64,000 nt of DNA from a virus: positions 1-64,000 of IMG/VR virus record IMGVR_UViG_3300027791_000007; one strand, written 5' to 3'. A program made the position numbers and the translations under genes. The notes below the pieces were generated by a model. That model made no database searches, had not been told where the DNA came from, and saw only the letters and a list, made by a program, of their open reading frames with translations. Positions 1 through 10,766 of this stretch are shown piece by piece. Positions within the stretch are counted from its first letter, which is position 1, and each line of letters starts with the position of its first letter.

Positions 1-1751
1 AAATCTTGCCCAGAGTCAGTATCATCCATAAATATAGAACGACAATCTTTAAATGTATGTGTAACAACTTCTGTAATAGTTAAGTCTGCATTTGCAACAT
101 TCTCTACAATCTTATTGGCTTCACCAGAATCCGAGGCTTTAATCTTTTCACCAACTGCAAAAGTTCCAACAACTGTTGTCAGAACGACTTTACCAGAACC
201 AGTACCAGAAGCAAATACATATCCAGTTGCGGCAGAAGTAACACCAGTTACTTGAACACCACCACTTGCATGATTAGCGAGTAGCGTTCCACTAGGTGTA
301 CCACTTAATGTAAGTTTAGTAAAAGGTCTAACATCCCACAAATATAAATCATAAACAGCAGCAGAAGTTCCTACAACACCAGTACGATATTCAATTGCTT
401 TTCCTCGAGCAACACCAATCTGATTTCCAGAAGATGTACCGTTAGTAACAATCTTATCATCGAATAACCCAATTGTTTTGTATGCAGTAGATTCTCCAGA
501 AATAAATGTGATATCTGGTTGTCCAAATATATTTGTTATTTGACAAAAGTTTCCGATTTCATGTGTAACAACACCAGTGTTAACAGAATTAAAATCTCTT
601 GCTTTAGGTAAATCTTTAAACGTAGGTGATATTTTTTCTAATTCATAACCCTTGACATATGCTTTACCAGGCGAAACATGAAGAGAAAGCAAACTTTCAT
701 CTGGAGTTCCACCATCATCTGTAGTAGTTTTCCCAGCAAACACACCTTGGTAATTAGTATTTCTTGCAGTGATATTAGTACTTTCTCTCATATCAAAATT
801 AAAAGGACGTACAGTATATGATCCACTTTCATCGAAAGTTCTTCTTGCGAGAGTATCTCCTAATACATCGTATTCTGTAACTCTGGCTTGTCCAACCATA
901 GTACCGTTTTCAATTCTCATCAGTTCTACAAAATTAGAGTCTGCTGTTGAAGAAGTAGTTCTTGAGTCGAGTGTTAAAGTAATTTTTAATCTATGGGCAC
1001 CTTTGGCTGCATAGTTAGATGAACCAGTTGCATTATCAGTTAAACTGGTATCTATTTCTGGTGTCGATAATGTTTCTGTAATTGAAAAACCAACTCTTGC
1101 AGTGACAGCATTAGAGTTTGTTGACAGTACTAATCTTTGAGCGGCACATCTTACAAACTGTCCTCTTACATAGTAAACACCCTCTTGTAGTTCAACTGCA
1201 AGTCCATCTTGAGTAGCAGTAGTACCATCAATTGGTGAGAATATAGTTCCAGAAGCATTATTAGAAGCATATGATGTAGTATGAGTAATACCAGCATTTG
1301 CAGTTATGTTCTCACCATTTACAAATCTTTGAGATACACCATCTGTTCCAGTATTTACATATTGAACATACAACATAGGTTGTGTTGTTGAAGTTGCAAT
1401 TTGAAATCCTATAACTTTAGCTGTAACACCAGATATTTGTCCAGTGATAACTACATTGTTAGTTTGATTATAATATGAACTTGGGTTTACTGTTTCGTTA
1501 GAAAATGTTCCATCCAACTGTACTGTTTGGAATTGTTTCATTATGGAAAGTTGGCCAGGTATAACCACTGTTCCTTCTTTGAACATGTGATTACCATGCT
1601 GTTCGACTTGGTTTTGTAGGATAGACTGTAGAGTTGTTAACTCTCTAGCCTGAACTGCAAAGCCTGGACGAAATAATACTCTGTGAAAATCTTTATCTTT
1701 ACTAAAGTCATCATAGTATGGTGATACATTTAGGTCGGTGAGTTGAGCCAT
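1..1751 (-). CDS. VrlC-like / DUF4815-type virion structural protein (3' end runs off the window)
   Basis: Not in the ORF track. ATG at 1749-1751 reads MAQLTDLNVSPYYDDFSKDKDFHRVLFRPGFAVQARELTTLQSILQNQV, the typical N-terminus of the large structural gene after gp8 in marine T4-like phages. Contains the LARRTFDESGSY motif. Confidence 0.85.
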   Translation of the reverse strand, partial: MAQLTDLNVSPYYDDFSKDKDFHRVLFRPGFAVQARELTTLQSILQNQVEQHGNHMFKEGTVVIPGQLSIMKQFQTVQLDGTFSNETVNPSSYYNQTNNVVITGQISGVTAKVIGFQIATSTTQPMLYVQYVNTGTDGVSQRFVNGENITANAGITHTTSYASNNASGTIFSPIDGTTATQDGLAVELQEGVYYVRGQFVRCAAQRLVLSTNSNAVTARVGFSITETLSTPEIDTSLTDNATGSSNYAAKGAHRLKITLTLDSRTTSSTADSNFVELMRIENGTMVGQARVTEYDVLGDTLARRTFDESGSYTVRPFNFDMRESTNITARNTNYQGVFAGKTTTDDGGTPDESLLSLHVSPGKAYVKGYELEKISPTFKDLPKARDFNSVNTGVVTHEIGNFCQITNIFGQPDITFISGESTAYKTIGLFDDKIVTNGTSSGNQIGVARGKAIEYRTGVVGTSAAVYDLYLWDVRPFTKLTLSGTPSGTLLANHASGGVQVTGVTSAATGYVFASGTGSGKVVLTTVVGTFAVGEKIKASDSGEANKIVENVANADLTITEVVTHTFKDCRSIFMDDTDSGQD

Positions 1752-1762
1752 TAACTAATCCT

Positions 1763-3262
1763 TTAAAATTCAATTATAATTTTTATATCTTCTGTTTGGT
1801 CACTTGATCTTTGAATTGGTTTTCTATTTTCTAGATAAATAATATTACCACTATCTGGTTGTAACTCTGGATTCGCATATCCACTTGTTAAAGATAAACT
1901 ATTAGAGTTTGCCAAAGTAACGGTTTCACTTGCTGTATTTGATGGTGTTCCAGTTGCACCAGAAGTTCCACCAGTTATAGTTGCCGTAGTTGAAAACAAA
2001 GCATAAGCACCAGTTGTAGAATTAGTTCCGTAAGAACCAAATCTTTCTTGGTGATAATATAAAAGACTTCTAGAAGCATCCCATTCTACTACTCTTCCAA
2101 CAGCACCAGTAGTTGCTTGTGTTATAGTTTCATCTACATCAAAAGTTCCAGAAGATGTTGACATTTTTACAACATATGTCATTCTTCCAGTATTAACACT
2201 TGCGACAGAAGAAGAACCAAAAACTGTTGGGTCTACTACAAGTCCAACTTCTCTAAAATCGTTTGCAGTTGTAATGTCATCATTTTCAGCCTGTGTTAAA
2301 GTTGTATTAGACATTACATAATGTCCACCTAACTCTGCAACAGCATCTGAACCATGTCCATTCTTTGGACTTATAACAACACCTATTGAACCACCAGAAC
2401 CACTACCTAATGTACCAGAACTTGTTAAGGCTGTGTCTGTAAATATATAAGCAGCAGCTAAGTTAACCTTTCCAAAGGTATAACCACTTCCACCGTTATG
2501 TAAAATTGTGTCTGTTCCAGAGGCTAATCCAAATCCTTGGATTGCACCACCAGATACTTTGATAGAAACAATAGCACCAGTTGCAGTTCCAGCATTTGTA
2601 CCGTCACCATAAACTGCAGCGTAGAAAGTTCCATCAGTATAACCAGAGCCCCCAATTATGGATAGAGCTTCTATTTTACCATCTGTTGCAGCAGCATTTA
2701 CAGTTGCATTTGTTTTTACGGGCATAAAGTCTGTGGTTAAAAATTTGGTAGCATCTGATGCAGAAATAGTGTACATATATTTAAGGACATAACCACCAAG
2801 AGCAAAAGGCGATGTTGATTCTGATGTCGGTTCAGAACCAGAGTATGAAGCCCCAGCGTTATTATCTAATATTTTGTATACTCTAAATGCAGAGGTTATG
2901 AAATAAAAGTTTGAGTCGAATAAATTTGTCGCACCATTGGCAGATAAACTAGATGCAGATATGTCATCTTTGTACATTGAATAAACTGTTCCGTTTATCC
3001 AGTTAACTCTTGGTAGAGCAAATGATACATCCGTTGATGCAACTTTTTTAGCTGCAATCATAGAATCCCATCTATAGAACTCTGAACTAATATCATCTGA
3101 TGGGGTTGGGGGAATAGTATCGTTTCCTCCAGTAGTACCAGAAGTGAATGGTGTTGCCTTACCTATGAATAGGTAGTACACCGATGCAGCTGCTTCAGTA
3201 AATGATTCAAAAAACTGATTAGCATTATGCTGTCTAAATTTCTCTGTAATTATTGCCGACAT
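1763..3262 (-). CDS. gp8: baseplate wedge subunit gp8
   Basis: MSAIITEKFR N-terminus, YVLKYMY motif, C-terminal SGNIIYLENRKPIQRSSDQTEDIKIIIEF; follows gp6/gp7. Confidence 0.92.
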   Translation of the reverse strand: MSAIITEKFRQHNANQFFESFTEAAASVYYLFIGKATPFTSGTTGGNDTIPPTPSDDISSEFYRWDSMIAAKKVASTDVSFALPRVNWINGTVYSMYKDDISASSLSANGATNLFDSNFYFITSAFRVYKILDNNAGASYSGSEPTSESTSPFALGGYVLKYMYTISASDATKFLTTDFMPVKTNATVNAAATDGKIEALSIIGGSGYTDGTFYAAVYGDGTNAGTATGAIVSIKVSGGAIQGFGLASGTDTILHNGGSGYTFGKVNLAAAYIFTDTALTSSGTLGSGSGGSIGVVISPKNGHGSDAVAELGGHYVMSNTTLTQAENDDITTANDFREVGLVVDPTVFGSSSVASVNTGRMTYVVKMSTSSGTFDVDETITQATTGAVGRVVEWDASRSLLYYHQERFGSYGTNSTTGAYALFSTTATITGGTSGATGTPSNTASETVTLANSNSLSLTSGYANPELQPDSGNIIYLENRKPIQRSSDQTEDIKIIIEF

Positions 3263-3280
3263 TTTTTAATCCTTTGTATA

Positions 3281-3288
3281 TATTTATA
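3281..3288 (-). promoter_or_regulatory. T4-type late promoter TATAAATA
   Basis: Exact TATAAATA on the minus strand just upstream of gp8. Confidence 0.75.
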
Positions 3289-3304
3289 ACACATTTCCAT
3301 CCTT

Positions 3305-6300
3305 TTATGAAACCTTCAACGTAATAATTGCAGGCTGTACGATTGGAATGTTCCTTATACTTGTATTTATACTCCCAGACATTGTATAATTCTCAATTGG
3401 TTTAACTCCTCTATTTGCAATATAGGCAGAAGTCTCTAATACAATATGATTTATTCTATCTGAACCTATATCAGCAGTGTCTTGTTCTTGAAGTAATCTT
3501 TCATTTTCATCTACTGGATTTCCATCAGCAGCAGTACTCGTTGCATCAAGAACTATATTACCACCATCAGTAGTTGTTCCATCTTCTTGAATAATGATAT
3601 CTTCAACTGACCTTAGATATGTTGCTTCTATGAGTAAAGCAGATGGAACGCCAATTCCATCATCAAGAGCATCTTCTAATTGAATTACATCTATGATTGA
3701 TAACGTAGATGAATCTTCTTCTACAATAGCACCAGCTGTTTCTTGTATTATTCTTTCGTGTTTACCAGTTATATTTTCTAAGAGTATTGATGAGTTTTCA
3801 TTTACTGCAAAAGCATCATCACCAACACCACTTATTTCATTTCCATCCATCAAAATGAAACCATCTTCTTCTAGTGCAATACCAGTATCTTCTGTTGAAA
3901 TACTTTGTCCGTTAAGCCCAAACCCATCTTGTAATATCTTTCCCTTTCTTGCAATTTCTGTAATCTGTATATCACCTAGTTCTGAAAGAGTTAGTGTATC
4001 ATCGTTTGTAGGTTCAGACAATAGTAATTTTTCATTTCTATTTCTAACTTGATCTGCAATGAAAGTAAAGATAGATGATTCAAGTAATGTTCTACCAGAC
4101 CCTATATTAATAGTGTCTTGTTCAAATACAATATTTTCACCAGCCTCAGTTACTAAGAAAGCAACAGAAGGTAAAGGTTCTTCACCATCTAATCTAATTA
4201 CATCATGACGAACTGTTGTATCATTTACAACTATAAGTCCACCAGTTTCTAAAAGTATATTATCTATTACTGCATCTCCGTCACCGTCTGTATCTGTTCC
4301 ATCTTCCATACCTAAAATGGAATTGTTTTCCATTTGTATTCCACCGTATGCTTGTTCCACAGCAAAAGGGTGGTCATATAGATATGTTAATAAGTTTTTA
4401 GCAGCATGATTTATTGGTTTAGTTGCCCGTGTTATCCTCATCTCTTTAGTTAATGTTCTTTCTCCTTTACCACCCATAGAAGAAGAACTTTCAGACATAA
4501 CCCTACCACCAGAAGATTCATTTTCTCTTATTTGATTTGATTCATATAACAATGCTTTACCAGCAGCAAGACTTCCAATTTCCATAAGAATAGTAGAATC
4601 ATCTTCCATAAGGATGCTATCAAACTCATCTGTGATACGTCCAGTTTCATGAAGTATTTGAAAATTATCTTCTTGTACTATATGTGATACAGCATAATCA
4701 TAATTTGTGGGTTGTAAACTATCTTCTAGTAGCAATGATATATTTGCAGGCATTCCAGATGCCACAGTTGCAGACGAACCTTCTAATGCCATTTGAGCAG
4801 AGTCTGGTATTCCGTTTTCTAATAATACTTGGTCATCTCTATTACCAATTATCATACTACCAGCAACCAACCTTCTCTGAATTGTTTGATCAAATAATAC
4901 TTCTAGAACAGAAGCAAGTTCTGGTGTAAATGTTTGTGTATCTCCAAGGTATCCGGCAACACCAGCAGCAGTTGTTCCTACGGTTGCAGAGACAAAAGAT
5001 GCAATACTAACTTTACCAAATGGAGCAAAACCAGCAGGGTGAACTGCTCTTTTTAATTGATTAATATAAGTTGCAGTAGATTGTCCAACGGCAACTTCGT
5101 ATGAGAAATCTTGATAATAGAATGAATCTTGAATACGAATTAAATCCTCACCAATCAAGTTATCAATTGTTACATAGTTTCCAATACCAGTTGAAATTGT
5201 ATCAACTAATGTTGTACCAGATGCAATATCAGCAAAAATAATTGTACCAGATGCCCCACTCGAATCCGTGATAGTTACATCTTTTCCAGAAAAATCAATT
5301 GGTTGTTCTAGAATTAAATTTTCTCCAGCATTTAAAGCATTATTATTTGAACCATCTAAAACAATGAAGTCAGCAGTTTCATCATCTAATAAAAAGAGGT
5401 CATTATCTTCTAATGTTAGGTTGAAACCAAAATCTTCACCATGTATTTTATCACCATTTTCCTCTTGAACTATGAATACAGAGCCTGGATTTATTTCTCT
5501 GTACTTATTCATAACAATTTTATCACCAATTCCTTGGACAAAACTACTAATAGATTCTTCTAGTTGAACACCCCCCACATTATAGTTATACCCATTTACG
5601 ATTTTACCATTTGAATCTTCAAGTTCTATTACACCCCCACTTACCTCACTGGAATCTTCTAATAGAAGTTTAGTTTTATCTTCTAAATCTAATCGTCCTT
5701 GAGTAAAGCCAGGATCTTCTTCAAATTCTATAATACCAAATCCAGTAAAATTAACTGCATCTTCTAGTAGTATATTAAATTCATGTTTACTAAATCCATC
5801 TGTTAATATATTAGAACCCACATCCAATACAACTGATTGCAGTTGTGGTGTTAAAATACTATTACCCATACCACTATGATTTGTACAATAATAATAAAGA
5901 TTTGGAGCTCCAAATGGAACAACTATTTGAATAAATGCACCAACTGTTCCTATTGGTACGAGTGTGATAACGGATTCTGTTACACCATTTGTAAATGCAG
6001 AACCAGAATTGTGTGTTCCATCTGGTGTTGTTGAAAATCTTAATTGATGTGAATTAACAGAAGTATTATCCGTGTACAAAGATGGATCAGACAAATCAAA
6101 ATAATAAGTGTTACCCTCATACAATGCTAATTCTGGTCGTTTAGATTCATTTATCATAAACCGATTGACAGATAATCCATCCTCGTTTAATTCTGAATAT
6201 TTTTTAACTTTTAAAACAAATGTTTGATTGATTGGTTCTCTAATTGCAGTACCATCTAATACAATGTTATCACCACCATCAAATTCTTGTTCATCTTCTA

Positions 6301-8359
6301 AAAATATTTGTGATGACAAATTATCAGCAGTATTACCCTCTAACTCAATAGCTTCATTAAACGTACTATCTTGTTCGTGTGTAAGTCTTTCTTCATTTTC
6401 AAAAGTTGTAGTTAATAATTTAGTAGCAGAATCGTATGCTTGAACTACACCAGTATGTCCGTTAGTCGATAAAGTATTACCAAATGCAAACGTGCCAGAT
6501 ACATCTTTTAAAATAAAATGAGCCCTTGGAGCAATTGTTGGAGCATTGGTTGCATCGTAATTAAACCCAGAGTCACTAATTTTTAGTGATTGTATTTTAC
6601 CAATTTCTGTGGATATCGCAGTAAGATCAGCGCTACTACCAAAAGTAGATGTAACAGAAATTGTGGGTAGTCTTGTATAACCATCACCACTGTTTTCTAT
6701 AAATATTTTTTTAATTTGTCCAAATTCATTAGAAGGGAATGTACCATCTTCTAGAACTAATTGATCTGTAACTGTTCCAAATGTATCATTTACTTCTATC
6801 TGTTGATTTGTTTGTAATTTATATCCAGCATCTAAACTAGAACCATTCGTTCCGTTTAACAGTAAGAAGTCTTGTGCATTACCTTTAATAAAAATAGTTG
6901 AAAGAGATTTGGGTGCTGTTGTAAATGTAATTGTGCTACCAGATTGTATGTATGCAGTTGTGATTGCATTGTCAATATAAATTGTAATAGTATCTGTAGT
7001 TGGAACATTAACTAATGTAAATGCTCGTGTAGTTCCATCGCCAATAAGTCTATCTTCTACTCTACTCTCCAGTAGTATATTAAAGTTTTCGGATGATACA
7101 TCTGTAGCACCTTCTAAAATTATAATATCGCCTGTGTCATCTTCATCTGTAATACCACCACCAACAACACTTACAAATCCAGTTGCAGCAGATACATTTG
7201 TATCTACAGAATTTGGAGTAATAGTTACTCTATCCCCAACTTGATAATTTAAACCAACACCATCAATATCAATGTCAGTTATACCACCACTTTCGATACC
7301 ACTAACTCTAATATCAGCAAAATTATTTCCTAAAGCCTCAGCGTCAATTGTTTCATTATCAACATACAAAGCACCAGGCTCATCCAAATTTGATTGGGAT
7401 ACAATTGCTCTTACACGAAAGTTAGCAGGAACATCTGTAAGTGTAGATATTGCAGTAATTAATTCACCACTATTGAACTCTCCATTTACAGAATCTATTT
7501 CTAATTCAGTAACAGATACAGAACCTTGCTGGAACGTAATAGTATCAACAACAATCGCAGTTGCAAAAGATGTTGCACCAGTTATAACTTGATTGACAAT
7601 TTCATCAGCAGAAGAACCAATTGTTTCAACTCTCATTGTAGTTTTTTGTCGCCAATCACCATTTGAAACTCTTAACATATATTTTGTTGGATAAAAGATA
7701 GAAGCACTTTCACCAAGTAACAATCTCATAAAGAGTTTATGTCCTTCTGATGTTCCTTTAGCAGTGTACAAGTCTCTAATAGATTTTATTAAATTTCTTT
7801 TTGCTGTTCCAGTTGCAAGAGTATTAGGAATTGCTTCCATGAACGAATCTCTAAATTTATTTAAAAAGTCAAAGATTGTATTGTCTACGTCAGCGTAATC
7901 TAAAAGTTGTTGAATATTTTGAACTGGGTTTGCACGATATCTTTTCAGTACACCAGTTGATGTAGAAGTTTGTCCAGTAATAGTTTCACCAGTTTCAAAC
8001 TTTTGATTTGATGAAATATATAGTGTGCCATTACGAACATCTTCAACCAAAACTTCTGCTGTTGCATTTGAAATAGAACCTACAACGGTTTCTCCATTAA
8101 CAAAGTTACCAACAGTTCCAGCACCTTGTTCTGCAACAATTCTATCACCATCATCATTAAGTATATATGATAAAGTTTCTGTTTCGTATTTTACATAGTC
8201 AACAGCTGCAGTAAGTTCCATCTTACCAGCTTCAAGAAATTTATAATAGTCTTGGACAAATTTTACAAAGAGTTTGTTTTCATCTTTAACAAAATCTGGA
8301 AACTGACCTTCTATTAATGGGGATATCTTACCTAAAAATTTGGAAGATTTTTCCGACAT
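3305..8359 (-). CDS. gp7: baseplate wedge initiator gp7-like, long acidic variant
   Basis: LIEGQFPDFV, LIKSIRDLYTAKGTSEGHKLFMRLL, IQDSFYYQDFSY and VHPAGF motifs; position between gp6 and gp8; internal LYYYCTNHSGMG cupredoxin-like motif. Confidence 0.85.
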   Translation of the reverse strand: MSEKSSKFLGKISPLIEGQFPDFVKDENKLFVKFVQDYYKFLEAGKMELTAAVDYVKYETETLSYILNDDGDRIVAEQGAGTVGNFVNGETVVGSISNATAEVLVEDVRNGTLYISSNQKFETGETITGQTSTSTGVLKRYRANPVQNIQQLLDYADVDNTIFDFLNKFRDSFMEAIPNTLATGTAKRNLIKSIRDLYTAKGTSEGHKLFMRLLLGESASIFYPTKYMLRVSNGDWRQKTTMRVETIGSSADEIVNQVITGATSFATAIVVDTITFQQGSVSVTELEIDSVNGEFNSGELITAISTLTDVPANFRVRAIVSQSNLDEPGALYVDNETIDAEALGNNFADIRVSGIESGGITDIDIDGVGLNYQVGDRVTITPNSVDTNVSAATGFVSVVGGGITDEDDTGDIIILEGATDVSSENFNILLESRVEDRLIGDGTTRAFTLVNVPTTDTITIYIDNAITTAYIQSGSTITFTTAPKSLSTIFIKGNAQDFLLLNGTNGSSLDAGYKLQTNQQIEVNDTFGTVTDQLVLEDGTFPSNEFGQIKKIFIENSGDGYTRLPTISVTSTFGSSADLTAISTEIGKIQSLKISDSGFNYDATNAPTIAPRAHFILKDVSGTFAFGNTLSTNGHTGVVQAYDSATKLLTTTFENEERLTHEQDSTFNEAIELEGNTADNLSSQIFLEDEQEFDGGDNIVLDGTAIREPINQTFVLKVKKYSELNEDGLSVNRFMINESKRPELALYEGNTYYFDLSDPSLYTDNTSVNSHQLRFSTTPDGTHNSGSAFTNGVTESVITLVPIGTVGAFIQIVVPFGAPNLYYYCTNHSGMGNSILTPQLQSVVLDVGSNILTDGFSKHEFNILLEDAVNFTGFGIIEFEEDPGFTQGRLDLEDKTKLLLEDSSEVSGGVIELEDSNGKIVNGYNYNVGGVQLEESISSFVQGIGDKIVMNKYREINPGSVFIVQEENGDKIHGEDFGFNLTLEDNDLFLLDDETADFIVLDGSNNNALNAGENLILEQPIDFSGKDVTITDSSGASGTIIFADIASGTTLVDTISTGIGNYVTIDNLIGEDLIRIQDSFYYQDFSYEVAVGQSTATYINQLKRAVHPAGFAPFGKVSIASFVSATVGTTAAGVAGYLGDTQTFTPELASVLEVLFDQTIQRRLVAGSMIIGNRDDQVLLENGIPDSAQMALEGSSATVASGMPANISLLLEDSLQPTNYDYAVSHIVQEDNFQILHETGRITDEFDSILMEDDSTILMEIGSLAAGKALLYESNQIRENESSGGRVMSESSSSMGGKGERTLTKEMRITRATKPINHAAKNLLTYLYDHPFAVEQAYGGIQMENNSILGMEDGTDTDGDGDAVIDNILLETGGLIVVNDTTVRHDVIRLDGEEPLPSVAFLVTEAGENIVFEQDTINIGSGRTLLESSIFTFIADQVRNRNEKLLLSEPTNDDTLTLSELGDIQITEIARKGKILQDGFGLNGQSISTEDTGIALEEDGFILMDGNEISGVGDDAFAVNENSSILLENITGKHERIIQETAGAIVEEDSSTLSIIDVIQLEDALDDGIGVPSALLIEATYLRSVEDIIIQEDGTTTDGGNIVLDATSTAADGNPVDENERLLQEQDTADIGSDRINHIVLETSAYIANRGVKPIENYTMSGSINTSIRNIPIVQPAIITLKVS

Positions 8360-8369
8360 AGATTACTCC

Positions 8370-10310
8370 CTAATAAGCACTTGTTGGACCAGATGATGGA
8401 TTAGTTGCTACTGATGTTTGTGTGGTTGTTGCATCCCCACCAGTTGAAGCGACTGTGTAACCAACACCAGTTGTTGCCGTTGCATCAACATTACTTAATA
8501 TAGTTGAGTTAACTAAATCTATTTCTAATAATTGATTTCTAACTGGAACAATATCGTTTGAGTTTGGTTTAGCAGTTATTCTAATTTTTTCAGATGTGTT
8601 ACCATCAACACTTGATATAGTATTAATAACAAATGCATTTGTAGATATAACACCAGTTATATAATCTACTTTTCCTGCTTGAGTAGCATAATAAGTTCTT
8701 GCAGAACCTTGAAGATAATACATTCTTAGATTTCCTTGTCCGTCATCATCAAAAAACATTTCTTCCGTTCTACCACTAATTTTAAAACCAGTAGATGCAA
8801 TAACACCACCACCAAGATTATTGTGTCCAGAGTGTGGGTTATATATTGGATTGTTAAAACTAATTGTATAAGAAACATTTGTTCCAATGATTGGTGTAAA
8901 GAATTTAGCCATAGTTACAAGTGTAGTATTGTTTAAAATAGCTGCATCAACACCATCTACTAATCCAGTAACAGAAGAATGTCTGAAAGGACTATTAAAA
9001 CTTTTTAAAGATGTATCATTGTAATTAGAAACAGCAACTTTAACTGCGGCTTCTAAGTCTGGCCCAACTAAAACTGTCTTTGTAGAATCAAACATAAATG
9101 TAACCCCCAGAATTAAGAATGTTGTTTCTGGATCAACAATCACTGGTGTAATTGATGCTACAGTAAATGGACTAAAGGATTTAACTAGCGATGATTTTTG
9201 AGCAGAAGTTAAGTTCTGTCCAGTATTAGATTTAATTGATATGTAAACTTTACCATATTGTGGTGTTGCAGTAACACCCAAAGATGAATCAAAACTTCCA
9301 TCTTCTCCACCCCAAACTGAAACGGCTTGTGCATTTGCAAATAACTTTTTTGTAAATACTTGATAGTCATTTCTAGTCACACAACGCCCTTGAGCAGCAT
9401 AGTCTAGTGGAGCATTTAGTTTTATTGAATCCATACTCTCTGGTTCAGAACCACCAGAGGCAGATTGTACAAGTGTAATACCAATGTCGGTAACTCCACT
9501 TATTGAACTTGGTGAACTAAACCCATTTGCACCATTAGCAGCAGTTTTGTTTGTTACCACATAATTCATTATTACTATGTTTCCATCTGTCAACGCTTTA
9601 CTTACAACACCATCTCCAAAGTAAATTTCAAACCTACCCCCATCAACTTCTTGTAAAAAATAAACTGGACTATTAATTGAAAGTTGTGATATGTCAGTTG
9701 CTTTTGTAAATGTTGAAGTAAATGTATCCGATGTAGAGTTTTGTACTGTCACACTTAATGTAGTGGTGTCTGCTCTGTTATCGGTTATAGTAAATCTTTG
9801 TTCTGTATCTGTATTATCAACTATATATTTTGTTGTAACATAAGTTCCTTCATAAATTTCTGTGTTATCAAAGTTAACAATGTTACCAGAACTAGTCGAG
9901 TTTAGAGTTGATATGTTTACAAACTGATATGATACCCCATCTACTGTTGTAGTAAACTTTGTTCCAGCAGGCATTGTAGCTGTAGAGTTAGTTGTTGTTA
10001 ATGAAACTCCTATAGATGCTCTTGGAGCACGACAAGAAGATGGTTCATATCCTAAAGTCTTTGCATGTGATACTACAGAACTTCTTAAGGCCGCACTGTC
10101 TAGAAACATTTCATTCGCCAACATGTTTGCGTTGAAACCTAGATAGTGAGTGTTGTATGCAAGTGTATCAAGAAGAACACTCATACCACTTCCCTCAAAA
10201 TCATAGTCTCTAAATTCATTTTGGTTTTTTAGAAAAGATTTTAGGTTTGCTTTGATTTCATCAAAGTCTAATTCCGTTACTCTTACTTTTTGATTATTAC
10301 TATCTGCCAT
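8370..10310 (-). CDS. gp6: baseplate wedge subunit gp6
   Basis: ELDFDEIKANLKSFL...FRDYDFEGSGMSVLLDTLAYNTHY...ANEMFLDSAALRSSVVSHAK signature. Confidence 0.95.
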   Translation of the reverse strand: MADSNNQKVRVTELDFDEIKANLKSFLKNQNEFRDYDFEGSGMSVLLDTLAYNTHYLGFNANMLANEMFLDSAALRSSVVSHAKTLGYEPSSCRAPRASIGVSLTTTNSTATMPAGTKFTTTVDGVSYQFVNISTLNSTSSGNIVNFDNTEIYEGTYVTTKYIVDNTDTEQRFTITDNRADTTTLSVTVQNSTSDTFTSTFTKATDISQLSINSPVYFLQEVDGGRFEIYFGDGVVSKALTDGNIVIMNYVVTNKTAANGANGFSSPSSISGVTDIGITLVQSASGGSEPESMDSIKLNAPLDYAAQGRCVTRNDYQVFTKKLFANAQAVSVWGGEDGSFDSSLGVTATPQYGKVYISIKSNTGQNLTSAQKSSLVKSFSPFTVASITPVIVDPETTFLILGVTFMFDSTKTVLVGPDLEAAVKVAVSNYNDTSLKSFNSPFRHSSVTGLVDGVDAAILNNTTLVTMAKFFTPIIGTNVSYTISFNNPIYNPHSGHNNLGGGVIASTGFKISGRTEEMFFDDDGQGNLRMYYLQGSARTYYATQAGKVDYITGVISTNAFVINTISSVDGNTSEKIRITAKPNSNDIVPVRNQLLEIDLVNSTILSNVDATATTGVGYTVASTGGDATTTQTSVATNPSSGPTSAY

Positions 10311-10311
10311 C

Positions 10312-10740
10312 TTATCTCAATCTTTCTAAGAATACCGTTAAGTCTACTAACTCTGTCGGTGTGTTAACAACATAAAATTCTATTTTAATCTCATAGGCAT
10401 TACGATCTAAATCTGGTATCGCAGTTACACCTACAAGTTTTGCTCTAGGTTCAAAATTATTAATTACATCTTCAACTTGTCTTGCAATAATTTGAGCAGT
10501 AAATGGAGTCATTAACTCAAATAACATTCCCCTAATTCCAGATGCAATCTCTGGGTGAAAAGGTTTTTCATAGTAGTCAAGTTGGACTAGATTACGAACA
10601 CTTCTCTTTACCGCTTGAACATCTGTAAGTGTATTTATATCGCTATTAGATGTTTTTCTGCTAAAGAATAAATCTAAATCAGAGTATTGTCTATTATTCC
10701 TAGATGTGTCATTATTTAACTGAGCATCATATTGCGACAT
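10312..10740 (-). CDS. gp25: baseplate wedge subunit gp25
   Basis: YSDLDL...AVKRSVRNLV...EKPFHPEI...NFEPRA...LERLR. Confidence 0.93.
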   Translation of the reverse strand: MSQYDAQLNNDTSRNNRQYSDLDLFFSRKTSNSDINTLTDVQAVKRSVRNLVQLDYYEKPFHPEIASGIRGMLFELMTPFTAQIIARQVEDVINNFEPRAKLVGVTAIPDLDRNAYEIKIEFYVVNTPTELVDLTVFLERLR

Positions 10741-10758
10741 TTGTAATTCCTTTATTAG

Positions 10759-10766
10759 TATTTATA
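10759..10766 (-). promoter_or_regulatory. T4-type late promoter TATAAATA
   Basis: Exact consensus upstream of gp25. Confidence 0.75.
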
